Of a stretch of DNA of 64,000 bases, positions 1 through 12,728 are shown one piece after another (within the stretch, counting starts at the first letter, position 1; each line of letters begins with the position of its first letter). The position numbers were made by a program, and so were the translations under genes. The DNA comes from Strigamia acuminata (Eukaryota). The notes beneath the pieces are model-generated. The model saw only the letters and a program-made list of their open reading frames with translations. It made no database searches and had not been told where the DNA came from. The DNA lies in the NCBI GenBank assembly GCA_949358305.1, contig OX442314.1, positions 23,746,001 to 23,810,000 on the forward strand, in the 5' to 3' direction.

Positions 1-1280
1 CCTTCCTTCAGATGTCGGAGTTCACGCGACAACGCATCATTGACTCCGACGATCACGGCGAATCAATCCTCAAATGGCTAAACAGAGAAGCCCGATCCAC
101 CATGGACGCCGTCTTCCATCGCCGTATCCTACGGGCCCACAGGAAACCCGGATCGAGCGCCGAGTCGCGAAGGATCCGACTCGTCCCCGATCGATTCCCC
201 GCGTCTACCCGGATTTGGATCCATGAGCGTACGGGGTTGGTTGGCGAGCCAGCCGGCAGTCACCCGCAGTACTTCATCAACGAGCGACAAAATCCTGCGG
301 ATCTGACAACCTCTCTGCCCCCGGATTTACCACCGCCGCCACCGGCAGTGCCACCCGTGATCCTCCGCCCATGCAGAGGAGTGCTGCCGGCTCTTCGCAG
401 AGGAGAGCGATGAGAAAATTGAGATCGCTCCGATCCGAGATCGAAGCTGGAGGAGGGACGTGTGGTGACCCAGTTGGATAAGTGTCCCCCCAGGGCGGAT
501 ACTTGTCCTATGAGTCACTATGATTAAAGAGTCGTTCCCCCCCGAGTTGGCTCCACCTCCCCATGGCAGGTGTGTGCCCCGAGGGGGAGGAAGCGGCTGG
601 TGGTCAGCCCCCATTGGTTGATCGCCGGCCCTTCACCCCACTGCATAAAAGGCTGTGTTTCCCGCCTAAAGACAGAACTTACACAAACGACACCAAGAAC
701 ACAGCAACTACCTCACCGTCAGGCCAACTTCAACTACAAGTTAGGATTGATCGAGGATCGCTGAGTAAAGTGCAAACTGTAACTCTCACGAAGTCACTTG
801 CGAGCTATTCCTGCGAAAGCACGAGAATAGCCCTTGTGAAATCACCCAGAATAATCGCCCAGACGATTATTCGCCGAAGTAAGTGTCCGAGTGCTTTGTA
901 GGGAACCCCAAAGTTCCTAGACGAGGCCTCTGCGACGCTAAACAAACCCTAGACAACAGGCACGGATAGAAGACTCGAAAGAGCATTCCACCGCGTCCGT
1001 GAAGACGAATCCGTGACGAATTAACGACAACTCGAGACGCCGCCTTTGTTCCGCCGACCACGCGGAATCGACGACGCCATCTTGAGAAATCCTTTGTTCG
1101 ACGCTGACCACGTCGACTCTAGAATTATTACTGAGTGTATTTTAAAGGCATAAAGCCTGGTGAATAAATTACCTGTTTATTTACATACATTTGGTATTCA
1201 TTTGGGTATTTACATAATTGATCACAGGTAAAGTATTACACGTTAGCGCTATTTAAACCTATACCAAGTAGGACGCGACA
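1..1280 (+). mobile_element. 3' end of an LTR retrotransposon: internal region 1-460, polypurine tract about 443-460, 3' LTR 461-1280; lies in intron 9 of astacin copy 0
   Basis: GC-rich block. Purine tract GAAGCTGGAGGAGGGACG directly precedes TGTGGTGACCC at 461; the block ends CGCGACA at 1280. Both termini are the reverse complements of the termini of the solo LTR at 32044-33040. Confidence 0.75.
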
Positions 1281-1325
1281 CGAGAAACTAGGATACCATA
1301 TAAAATCTTATTTGTGTTGTACCAG

Positions 1326-1663
1326 GCTCCTCGTGGCAAAGTCCCTTCACTCTCCTTTCATGATTTTAATCTCATGGTACGTGCAGGAGATGACAACCAG
1401 TGTTACTGGAGTTCCTTACGCATAAGAAATGGAGATCCATTGAATGATGATCCTGGTGAAATGTATGAATTAATACCGAATTCAATGGATATGAATTTGT
1501 TATTGAACTAATACCGGTACCTTACTATTTTTTTTTTACTAGTCATTGCGCTGATGAACTTCACCACAATGCAGTTTTAGGTAAAAGTAATCAGATGCTT
1601 CTTGTTCTCAGCTCAATGTATGACTCAGCAAGAGGTTTTGATGTATCAATTAAGTTTGTATAA
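1326..1663 (+). CDS. Astacin-EGF-CUB metalloprotease copy 0, last two exons (CUB C-terminal half); the rest lies upstream of the window
   Basis: Exon APRGKVPSLSFHDFNLMVRAGDDNQCYWSSLRIRNGD and last exon HCADELHH...RGFDVSIKFV-stop closely match exons 10-11 of copy 1; AATAAA follows. Confidence 0.85.
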
Positions 1664-2103
1664 ATTGAAAACCTTAAATAAAAAAAAAGGGTTTGATGTA
1701 TTTGTAAAATTTAGATAAATTCGGTAAATAAAATTTATTCAATATTCTGTCTGGATTAGTAGAAACTATACGGTACATTATTGTAAGTTATTTCAATGTT
1801 AGAATCACCAGCACTGAGCAAATGTTCATAAATCGCTAAGATTTATGTAATTACGTATTTGTTGATCTCATGAAAATAAAACATGCTTTGATGGTCAAGA
1901 ACAAGTTCGTTGTTACATTTCTTGGGGTTCACATACATAAAATCAGGGGGAGAAAGGGTTATCCAGGACAATTTGTGACTATTTCGGACACTTCCTATTT
2001 CGCGTCATTCAATATCGCAAAAATCACCCACTAAATGTTGGCTTTCTTCTTGATAATACCCCACCCACTCGATCTCAAAATGCCAGTTTTCACACAAACA
2101 CCT

Positions 2104-2203
2104 GTTGAAATATTTGTCCAATTCCTTTTTCATTGCCTGACGTTGATACGGCGCGGATCCATTAATTGGAGCTAGTGTTAAGAGCGTGGAATATTCGCCG
2201 ATC
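2104..2203 (-). pseudogene. Remnant of an alpha-1,2-fucosyltransferase (GT11) exon
   Basis: Translates GEYSTLLTLAPINGSAPYQRQAMKKELDKYF, paralogous to GQYATLLALAPINGHAPYLQKSMKDELNKYF of the gene at 6140-7235; flanks are unrelated. Confidence 0.75.
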
Positions 2204-2815
2204 GTGCAAGTGGGATTCGCAAACAGCATTGCAGATGTGGTCAGATGCGACCATTCGCTCTGCGGAATCAAGGTTACTTGAATACTATGCGGAATAACAA
2301 CTCGTGGATCACTCAGTTGCCCCACACTACTTCCGGATGGTCATTTCCGGGGCCCGCAGCTCCACCTGGTTGCAAGGAACCATGTCAGGTGCATGCGCAG
2401 CTTTAGTCAAAACTTAATTGGCTAAGAAACTTAATTGAGGCAAAACTAAATACTAAAAATTGCAAATTACAAATTACAATTTCCATGTCAAGACCTTTAA
2501 CCTCTGCTATGTGGTCTTAAGTACACATTCTTTTTCTTTTATGGTGAAAATGTTTACCTGTCTCTTTATTGCAAGCAAACAAAAAAACAGCAATAAATTA
2601 CAGTCAACATCATTGACATTTTGCAATCAATTTGATTGTTATTGACACTTATGTCTATAAACGTTTCAATACACGTTTTTGCAAACAAATTTATTCCATA
2701 TTCAAGTATCTCAAATTATTGCAAGTAATGCCAATAATGCAGGTGATTGTGACTATGCATAAACATCTTGCTGTATAAAAAACCTAAAGTTTAAGCACAC
2801 TTTCACACATTCACA

Positions 2816-5103
2816 ATGGTTCCTATCTTCTTCATCGTTTTTCTTTCCGGTTTTATATATCCAGTAAGTCACTTATTATTTTTTTTAAACATCATTACAA
2901 TATATTTCAATTTTTCTGAATTTAGTCAAAAGCCGAGAACTTAAAATTGCCTGTAAGTATTTACTAATCAATTGATTTACACAAGAAAATATAAAGATTA
3001 CAATAGATATATATATTTTTTTAGTTATGGGCAATTTTGGAGCAAAATAGCAAGTTTGATGCGGAGGGCTTTCGAATCTGGGAAGAAGACATTGTCTTCC
3101 ACGGAAAGAGTAAAGAGAATGTTATATCTGAAAGAACTGCTCGTAAAGACCTAAAATCCAGATGGCCTCAAGGAAAGATTCCGTACAAGATAGGTCCATC
3201 CTGTAAGATTTAAAACACCAATTTATAGTGCTATATTTTAATGGCAATAAATTCAAACAAAATAAAAATGCGAAGAGAACACGTGGATAATTTTTAGAAT
3301 CTAATAGTTAATAGTGAGCATCTAATGTAAGCTCAAAGTGAAACACCACTATACGATGTCACTGCCACTAATTTGAATTTGTTACCAGACACATCAATTA
3401 TCTGAATTTGAGGATATTTTCTCACAGTTAATTTCTTCACGTTGATTAAGTTATATATTGATTTCAGTAAACCAAAAAGAAAGCAGAATTGCAATCAATC
3501 AAGCCATGCAAAATTGGATGGATAATACATGCCTTGCATTTGCAAATTTACCAAATATTGATAATCAACCACATTTGGTGTTAGAGCATACAGGGACGGG
3601 GTAAAATTTACTACGATTTTGCTCCAGAATTCATATTTTTATTTATATTATTTATTATTCTAGCTGCACTTCTTGGGTTGGTATCCGTGATGAATACGTT
3701 ACTAATCAGACTGTATCACTTGATTACCCTGGCTGTTCAACATCAGTAAGTAATATTAATACCAACTAACTGAAAAAATGATAATATCCGAATTACATTA
3801 TCGTAACATTATCAAGAAGCACAACCATTTGCACGGAGAGCTTAACTTCTTGTATTTGCAGGTGCCAGTTGTAGCCCATGAATTAGGCCATGCTATTGGA
3901 TTATGGCATGAACAAGATCGCTTGGATCGTGATGCTTATTTGAATGTTTACACTAAGAACATGGGCGAAGACGGACTTCATATGGAATATCCCTCTGATG
4001 ACGTAATGATTTACGATGTACCGTACGAATATTCATCTCTTATGCAGTATACACCAGATGTAAGTTATGTATAAACCAATCGAATTAACTTTTCTTTCGT
4101 CAAAATGTGATATTTTTTTATATTTTGAAATAGGCATATTCCGCGAATGGTAAACTTACTCTCGTTCCAAAAGACCCACTGGCATTTCCATTAATGGGAA
4201 ATGCAGAAAAGATTACATTTCTCGATTATAAATTGGTTAATCGAATGTACAACTGCTCAGGTACAAATTTTGATATATTTCATAAATATTCATGACTGTA
4301 TATAAATATTTTTTTCTTGGATTAACAGCCAAATGCAAAAATCCCCCGTCGTGTCAAAATGGTGGATATGCCACATGGAATAATAAAAAGGGATGTCGAT
4401 GTGAATGCCCACCTGGATTTTCTGGTTACATTTGTCAAATCAAAGTTGATTTTGGTATGATTGGGTTCACGTCCACCTTACATACTTATCATTTATTCTG
4501 TGCATGTGATAAATTAAAGCAAAAATGGTTTTTTCAGAACCTCCTTGCGGTGGAAAAATTACAACTCCAACACGGTTTCAAAGTCCTAATTACCCGAATA
4601 ATCATCCTGCAGGCCTGCGATGTGCTTGGCTAATTGAGGTAACTTTTACATGCATTAAAGCATTTGGTAAATACTTCCAATTCTGCAATCCTCTGTTCCA
4701 AGTCGAAAGATCGAACAAACATTAACTGCCAATTTAAAAAACAATTACTTAACATATTATTTGTTTCATACCAGGCTCCTCGTGGTAAAGTTCCTTCACT
4801 CTACTTCCATGATTTTGATCTCATGGTACGTGCAGGAGATGACAATAAGTGTTACTGGAGTGCCTTACGCATAAGAAAAGGAGATCTAATGAATGATGAT
4901 CCTGGTGAAATGTAAGAATTAATACCAAATTCAATAGAAATGCAATTGTGATTAAACTAAAAGCGTACATAATTTTTACTAGACATTGCGTTGATGAACT
5001 TCACCATCGTTCACTTGTAGGTAAAGGTAATCAGATGCTTCTAGTCCTCACTTCAATGTATGACTCAGCAAGAGGTTTTGATGTATCAGTTAAATTTGTA
5101 TAA
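2816..5103 (+). CDS. Astacin (M12A) zinc metalloprotease with EGF-like and CUB domains, copy 1, 11 exons
   Basis: Hydrophobic signal exon 2816-2863; 27-nt microexon 2926-2952; prodomain WEEDIVF; mature region WPQGKIPY; HELGHAIGLWHEQDRLDRD from 3877; Met-turn SLMQY; EGF-like CQNGG..CRCECPPGFSG..C; CUB CGG..FQSPNYP..CAWLI. Exons splice in frame via GT-AG. Confidence 0.93.
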
Positions 5104-5345
5104 ATTTAAAACCTTAAATAAAAATATAAAGAAAAGGTGTAAATATATTTGCTAAATTTGCTAAATTTGCTAAATTTTGCTTCTCACTGTGAATGCTGGA
5201 ACCGGTTAACATGAACAATAATTTACAATTGTTATTTAAAGTCACCAACCCTTTGGAATTGAAATGAATTTATTTAACGAATCTTAAAAATTTAATTCAC
5301 ACACATGCAATAATGAATCTCTGGCTGTTGAAGAATTTGTTACGG

Positions 5346-5886
5346 AATGGGACGGAAATGGAACGTAATGGGACGGAAATGGGGCGTGATGAGACGGAAA
5401 TGGGACGTAATGGGACGGAAATGGGACGTGATGGGACGGAAATGGGACGGGAATGGGACGTAATGGGACGGAAATGGGACGTGATGGGACGGAAATGGGA
5501 CGTGATGGGACGGAAATGGGACGTGATGGGACGGAAATGGGACGTAATGGGACGTGATGGGACGGAAATGGGACGTGATGGGACGGAAATGGGACGGAAA
5601 TGGGACGGAAATGGGACGTGATGAGACGGAAATGGGACGGAAATGGGACGTGATGAGACGGAAATGGGACGTGATGGGACGGAAATGGGACGTGATGGGA
5701 CGGAAATGGGACGGAAATGGGACGGAAATGGGACGTAATAGGACGGAAATGGGACGTGATGGGACGGAAATGGGACATGATGGGACGGAAATGGGACGTA
5801 ATGGGACGGAAATGGGACGTAAAGGGACGGAAATGGGACGTAATGGGACGGGAATGGGACGTGATGGGACGGAAATGGGACGGAAA
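5346..5886. repeat. G-rich minisatellite of interspersed GGGACGGAAAT (11-mer) and GGGACGTGAT/GGGACGTAAT (10-mer) units, within a dispersed repeat (about 5182-6008)
   Basis: Units read directly. The same array and flanks recur at 13455-13935 and 14233-14359. Confidence 0.95.
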
Positions 5887-6139
5887 GCACTCCAAAAACT
5901 AATACAGTAGCACTAAGACTTCAACATTTCTCTCCTTCTGATCTCATGAATAACAGGACATCTTTATCTTATCTTATCAAAAAACGAGATCCCAACTTGT
6001 GTGCACCTTGTGTGTCTTACTGATAGATGAAAAAAAGGACAAGTTTTAATTTCGTTTTTAACATATTTATTTTATACGTGCCATAATATGTATGTAGTGT
6101 ACTAGTATACGTGACTACTGAATGCAGTTAGAGCGTACA

Positions 6140-7235
6140 TTATAAATCAGCGTCAATAGAAATCCATTCAGGTAGGTAAGATGAATTGTACAAAAACTTT
6201 TTAAGAAAAAACGAGTCATTCCGTAAATAATTATTAAAATAAACCACCTGACCACCAGTTAAATAAGCCACCCAAAAACTAAAAGTACCAACAGTGATTA
6301 TACTGTGGTTGCACTGAGTGAGCAGTGCCATGTCTCGCCCGGACGATCTCGAATTACCATTCCAACAAAAATGTACATCTCTCAAACTATTATCGATATT
6401 CTTTTTACACCAATTCAAGTCATCGCTACACACGACAAATACACAATCCTTAAATTGACTTCGAAAATAATTCATGGCTTCAGTAAAAAACTCCGAATTT
6501 GCCAACACCCCGTTGTATAAATATTTCATCAAAGGCACGTAATCGTCTCGTCGCACGTGCACCCCAATAAAAGTAGTGTTCTCTGATTTTCTTAATGACT
6601 CCAGGTGCGTTTGAGCATCGTGTACGAAGTTATGTTTAAATCGAAACTCTCTCTTGACATCATCTCGTATGTGATGAAAAAATGTCCACGAGTTCGGAAA
6701 CCCTGCAATTTCGGTGAAGTTGCACCCAAATTCAGAATATTCATCACTCATCCAATCGTGAATCTCGTGTTCAGTCCATACGCTTGTGTTGTATACTTTT
6801 TGATTGACCACGGGAATCGAAGTGTCGAAATATTTATTTAATTCGTCTTTCATTGACTTCTGTAGATACGGCGCGTGCCCATTAATTGGAGCCAGTGCTA
6901 AGAGCGTGGCGTATTGGCCCATCGAGTTTCCTAACCGACCTATGAAAGCAAACGGTTTAACTTTGGGTCTGTGCAAATCGGCTGAAATCAAGTGTAAACT
7001 CACCGAGATAATTTATTGTCATTGGACAACGGAAATTGTAAGACTTTGAGCCGCCTTTTGAAAATGCAACTTGTAAGTTTGTATCCATCGATTGACACAC
7101 ACAATTGCGAGAATTTACAATTGGGTTATTCGATAGTAATTGAAATATTAAAACGCACAGAGTAAATGACAAATAAAGAATCGCAACAGATTCTAAAAGA
7201 AGGCAAAACAATTTGATATTTCTTTTTTTAACCAT
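6140..7235 (-). CDS. Galactoside alpha-1,2-fucosyltransferase (GT11, FUT1/FUT2-like), two coding exons; alternative upstream in-frame ATG at 7325
   Basis: Type II membrane anchor (LFCLLLESVAILYLSFTLCVLIF). A 64-nt GTGAGT..TAG intron at 6940-7003 joins MTINYLG to RLGNSMGQYATL. GT11 motifs GVHVRRDDY, VVCSDD and DMALLTQCNHSIITVGTFSFW are present. Confidence 0.9.
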
Positions 7236-8669
7236 AGTTGTGCAACCGGATGCTACAAAAATGAAGAAGTTGGTGGTTTTCCTCAAGATGAGTGATAATC
7301 TACGAGAAGTTGATAATATTTGCATCCTAATTTAACTAATAAAAAAACGTTAATTTTATTTGTTTAATTTGTGCTTTCACCAAGTATGTAAAAAAGCAGC
7401 ATTAAAGAAAGTAATGGAACAGAAGTGTAATTTAAGTAATAAATCGTACCTTTGTTATCAAAACAAGAAATGAAAGCAATAACATCCGTAATTTGTAACC
7501 TTTCATGCAAATAATACAAACCCAACCATTAAGGTAATCTTATAAATACCATAATAAATTAGCTTGCTTTGTTTTATTGGCATTGATCATTTTACTATCA
7601 ATTTCAAAAAATTTTAAATCCGTAACACACAAATTAAGTAATCGTATCGATCAATTTGGCAAAAAGTGACATTCAAATTTAACAAAAAAATAAAAAAAAA
7701 AAATAAAAAAAATAACGTTTACAACAATTTTTTGGCCATATTCAGCTACAAGTTTGCTGTGTGGATTTTTATCTGACAGTATAACAGCTCTTTCACATTT
7801 ATGTACAAACTTATGCTGTGGCCTGTGACCATCAATGCAACGGTCCTGTCACCAGGTAAAGCTGTGGCTCCAAAAAAATTCTGGAATCCACACAAGCACT
7901 TGGGCAACAGAAAGTGGCAAATATGGTCAAGACAGTCCTAACTTCACCAGTAAGGTGAAGAATCGCATGCGTTCATTTTCTGTAACTCTCGGCCATGGTA
8001 TTGCCATCCTCTGGAATCTCAGCATCCCAGATGGGCCATGTGTTGGTGATATTGTTTGGTGCGTCACAATCAGGTGGCGTACAAGCGTATTTGAATATAT
8101 TTGTATACTAAGAGAATAAATCTCACTTCCTGTTTAACATGCACATATAAGACGTGTCCAGTTGTGTCTCCAACCACATCCTGATGCAAATGACCCCATC
8201 CAAGCATAATCTCAACACCATGCTTAAAATTAAAATTACAGCAGAGAATAAACCATCCGATACCGCTAACGATCTAGTCCATGACCACTAAAGTTGTTTC
8301 TTGGTCTAATAGAAATTCAGAAATACTTTGATACATTGCGAATTATTTGTGACACACTTTGTTTTGTGTTTTTCAAGACTTAAAGTGACGAGTTTGCGGT
8401 TTTCCGCTTTCGTGTTTTTGCAATTATGAACATTTGGTGAAAAATAAACAGCCAAGACAAAAAATAAGCAAAAATTACGGGCAATTCATTATGACATGTT
8501 ATTGACAGTTGAATACCGTTTTTTCACCTTAAATTAATCCTATACAAAACTTATAGTGCAAATATAAAATGTAAACATCAATTTCGTCTGCATTCAAAAA
8601 TGAAGCCTACATAAAATCTTGTTACAATAAAATGCACTTGTTCATTTATATCATTCACTAATATTCACG

Positions 8670-11576
8670 ATGTCACCTATCTACTTCATCCTTATTCTTG
8701 TAGCAGTCATTTATCAATCAGAGGTAAGCAAGTCTAGAAAATAGTTTTATCACATTACTGTCGTCTTCCACTTTCTTAATTTAGTCACTCACAGAAAAAC
8801 TTCAATTGCCTGTAAGTACTTAATCGAATGTGTTCACATTTATCAGAGCTCAATGCAATGTGATATTACATATTTTGTAATATTAGACATGGGGAATTCT
8901 GAAGCACAATAGCAAGTTTGATGAAGATGGTTATCCAATTTGGGAAGGAGATATCCTCTTCCATGGAAACAATAAAAACGACGTAATATCTGAAAGAAAT
9001 GCACGTAAAGATCTCAATTCAAGATGGCCCCAAGGAAGAATTCCTTACAAGATCGACAGTACTTGTAAGTGTTAAAACCATTTGGATGGTAAAAAAAGCA
9101 CCTTTACCCCTATAAGATTTTATACTGCCTACAACACTTCAAATATACAATCAACATGTTTATTTAAATTTTCTAATAATTTTTAGTAAACCAACAAGAA
9201 AGTAGGAGTGCAATCACTGAGGCCATGCAATTATGGATGGATAATACATGTGTTACTTTTGTAAACTCACCAACTATACAAGTACGTGATCAACCTCATT
9301 TGGTGTTAAAGCAAGCAGGAACTGGGTAATTATAAACTCAATACAATCTAACTCACTTCAAGGTTGGCCTAACTCCCATTGGCCGAACTTTATTACCCTT
9401 AACTAGCGACTGTGCACTACTGCATGGAAAAGTAGTTTTGTTTATTTTTAATTGTTTCGAGTATTCTAATTATGTCTGCACAACATTTAAGTAGCAAAAC
9501 ATGTTTATCTGCAATTTTAAACCGACTTTCGAAAGCAGATAAAGCAAATTACCAATGATGAGTCTAGTCTACGATTTTATTATCCTATTCCCTTATTCCA
9601 GATGCAATTCTTGGGTTGGCATTCAAGATGAATATATAACCAATCAAACTCTATCGCTGGACGGCGATTGCTCGACAGTGGTAAGTGGTATTAATCATTT
9701 AAGAGTACACCGAAAAGATATGTCACATCTTATATCTACAGGTTGGTACTATTGCTCACGAATTAGGCCATGCCATCGGGTTATGGCACACACAAGACCG
9801 TTTAGATCGTGACAGTTATTTGGAAGTTTATAAAAACAACATGGGCAGTAACTCAATATACTTCGAAACCGCCAACAATGACGTAATGCATTATGATGTG
9901 CCATATGAGTACACATCCATTATGCAATACCCACCAGATGTAATTGAATGAATATTGAGCAATCCCGTCAAATTGGAATTAATTTTGTCACTAATTTGTT
10001 TTTAATAGGCTTTTAACAACAATGGTAAACTCACACTCGTTCCAAAAGATCCGATGGCATTGCCACATATGGGCAATTTTGAGAAAATCACGCATTTGGA
10101 TTTTAAACTAGTTAATCGAATGTACAATTGCTCAGGTGCACACTTAAATATCTGTAAAAAATATCCATAAAAATATAATTTTTTTCTTTGATTATCAGAT
10201 AATAGGTGTAAGAATCCTCCATCTTGTCAAAATGGAGGATATGCCACGTGGAATAATAAAAAAGGATGTAGATGTGAATGCCCTGCAGGATTTAATGGTC
10301 CCAACTGCCAAAGCAGAGTTCACGTTGGTATGCACACACAATTCCATTTTTGAAATTACCGTATATCGTCGATTCTAAAGGTGGAAACACAAGAGAGCAG
10401 GTAAAATTTAAAAGCTTGCTTTTACTTGAAAAAGCGGATAAAAGCTCGCCCGCTTGAGCAAACACAAGCTTGCGTTTTTATTCAAAACTTTGTTTTGAAG
10501 CGAGCTTGTACTCACCTGCTCTGATCAAACTGAGTTTGATTTACCAGCTTCAAGCTTGCTGGTGTTTTGGTCATGTGACTTTGACAGCCAATCAGAATCG
10601 TGAGGAAATTCTTGGAGGAGATTTTGGTGAAAATTTCTGATAGCCAGCTAGCTTGAGTTTGCCAGTTAAGCTGGTAAGCCAAAAGCTGGTCAAGTGAGCT
10701 TGTAAATGACTCCTTCTTTAAACTTGTACTAGCACGCTTGGGAATTTTACCCGCTCCCTTGTGTTTCCACTTTTAGACGTACTTTTTTCCCCATATAAAC
10801 ATCTCTAAAAACGCGTTGCATCTTACAATAGATGATAATAAAAAAAATACGGTATTTATTTACAGTAGAGTCGATTATCCGAACTTCGGTTGTAAACGAC
10901 TGGTTACGATCGATATTTTACATTAATTTTTATCAAATGTTTAATTGATTTTAAACGGTTTTTTTATTATACATTGTACATAAGCCTAATATCTGATTAT
11001 GCGAACAAATCGGTTTTATGAACTCCTGTGTACATAATCGACACACTGTATATATTTTTTTTATTGCTGCAGAGCCTCCTTGTGGTAGAAAGATTACTAC
11101 TTCAACACGATTTCAAACTGCTAACTATCCTGACAATCATTCAGCTAATCTGCGATGTGCTTGGCTAATTGAAGTAGATTTGTATTCGAATAACAAGCAA
11201 GTTTTTCTCTAGTGAATGACAAGTGTATTCTCCTAACACCAGGCTCCTCGTGGAAAAGTCCCTCAGTTATTTTTTCACGACTTCAGTCTGATGGGACGTG
11301 CAGAAATTGATAATAAGTGCTATTGGAGCGCTTTACGCGTAAGAAATGGAAATTTAATGAATGATGATCCTGGCGAAATGTAAGAAAATTAATTCCATAA
11401 TCATTTGTCATAACGTACCTAAGTCTAAGACTAAAAGAAAATTTAATTTCAATAGATATTGCGCAGATGATCTTCACCAAAGATCAATTAGAGGTAAAAG
11501 TAACCAAATACTTCTTGTCTTTACAACAGCGTATGATGGCGCACGAGGTTTTGATATATCTGTTACTTTTGTATAA
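8670..11576 (+). CDS. Astacin-EGF-CUB metalloprotease copy 2 (most divergent paralog)
   Basis: Same exon layout; WEGDILF prodomain motif; HELGHAIGLWHTQDRLDRD from 9757; SIMQY Met-turn; EGF-like and CUB exons; stop at 11574-11576. Confidence 0.9.
10379..10772. mobile_element. MITE (PIF/Harbinger-like) nested in another small element (TACCGTA..TACGGTA) in intron 8 of astacin copy 2
   Basis: Roughly 30-bp inverted termini GGTGGAAACACAAG.GAGC.GGTAAAATT with TAA/TTA flanks. Confidence 0.65.
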
Positions 11577-11633
11577 ATTACTGTAGTAAGTAATTCACTC
11601 TAAAATGGAATTTGAAGTAAAAATAAAATTTGT

Positions 11634-12728
11634 TCAATCTGGTAAATCAGACAGGTGAGCACCTCGGTGCTCATTGTTGATAAATAGTTGCAATGAATTA
11701 TCTTCAGTTAAATAGAATGTGATTATAGAAATATTATACATGTCAATGGAAACAGTGTCTGTTGTCAGGGTTCAAAATGTCTATTGATAAGTAAAATAAT
11801 AAACGTTAGCAATTTTTTCAAGAAGATGTAGGAAGAAAGTCTCAATAACAAAGTCATTTGTTTATTACAATGACATTTGTTACAAAATTGTTTAAAAAAA
11901 ATTTTAAAAAAAAATTAATTTAAAAAAAGTTATTAAGACTTCACCAGTTTGTGACTTTTGGCCCACCCTGTATTAATATGGAAAGTTTTTTTTTAGAAAA
12001 TATGACACTACCAGTCAACATGTTTGTGTTTCAGATTATTTTCCACAACATGTTCACTTATAGTTTACACAGTGTTTCAAATTCATGATTGTGTAACTTT
12101 GACTACAAAATAAACACACTGGACCTGTCAATCATTTTTTGGCATTAAAGCTTAGTTTTTTTTATTTTCCTCTTTTCTAAGCCACTTTGAGCAGTTTAAA
12201 TAAAGATCAAAACTCAAAGTAAGTCCATGTTACGCGAGTTATGACACATGAATATAATAAGTCATGACAAATTTTTATTACTTCCGTCTTTTGAATGGCA
12301 TTTACATGAAGATAGGTCACACATCCTTCCAAAATTGAACTAAAGCATTAAAAAATATATATATTTTTTTACCTGGTTCCATTTGTTACTAATTTCTCTG
12401 GTACGGCATCAGCCCAGAATCCTTCAGTGTCAACCAAGTTCGGATAAGCATATCGTGGAAGGTGTTCAATATTTTCTGGATTTTGGGCAGTCACTCCAAT
12501 TCTAAGAGCACCGCTCCATTCGTGGATCTGAGTGACTACAATTGTCACGTGCATGCTAACCTCCAATGGCATTTTGCTGTTAAAACAAGGTTAATAATCT
12601 CATTGAACCATTGTGTGTTGTCATGTCTACCTGAACGTGATTCCGTGACAAAAACTGTCCAATCGGGTTGCTCTCGTTTCTTCTTCTTCAATGATAATAT
12701 TTGTGCCATGGGTGCTATGAAACAGCAT
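11634..12728 (-). pseudogene. Neuralized homology repeat (NHR) gene, three exons, apparently pseudogenised
   Basis: Exon 12728-12631 MLFHSTHGTNIII..RATRLDSFCHGITFS; exon 12576-12373 ..WSGALRIGVTAQNPE..LPRYAYPNL..GFWADAVPE; exon 11724-11634 ITFYLTEDNSLQLFINNEHRGAHLSDLPD-stop. The last acceptor reads TAT instead of TAG and the NHR C-terminal DxYG segment is missing. Confidence 0.75.

Noticed and set aside
5284..5910. Five long ORFs with SHFRPI/MGRKWD repeats
   Set aside because: By-products of a stop-poor minisatellite, open on both strands.
6940..7003. Apparent frameshift between two overlapping fucosyltransferase ORFs
   Set aside because: Explained by a canonical 64-nt GT-AG intron that restores the GRLGN motif.
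7800..8225. Moderately GC-rich stretch between the FUT gene and astacin copy 2
   Set aside because: No recognisable motif or consistent exon chain in the frames I read; possibly a decayed element.
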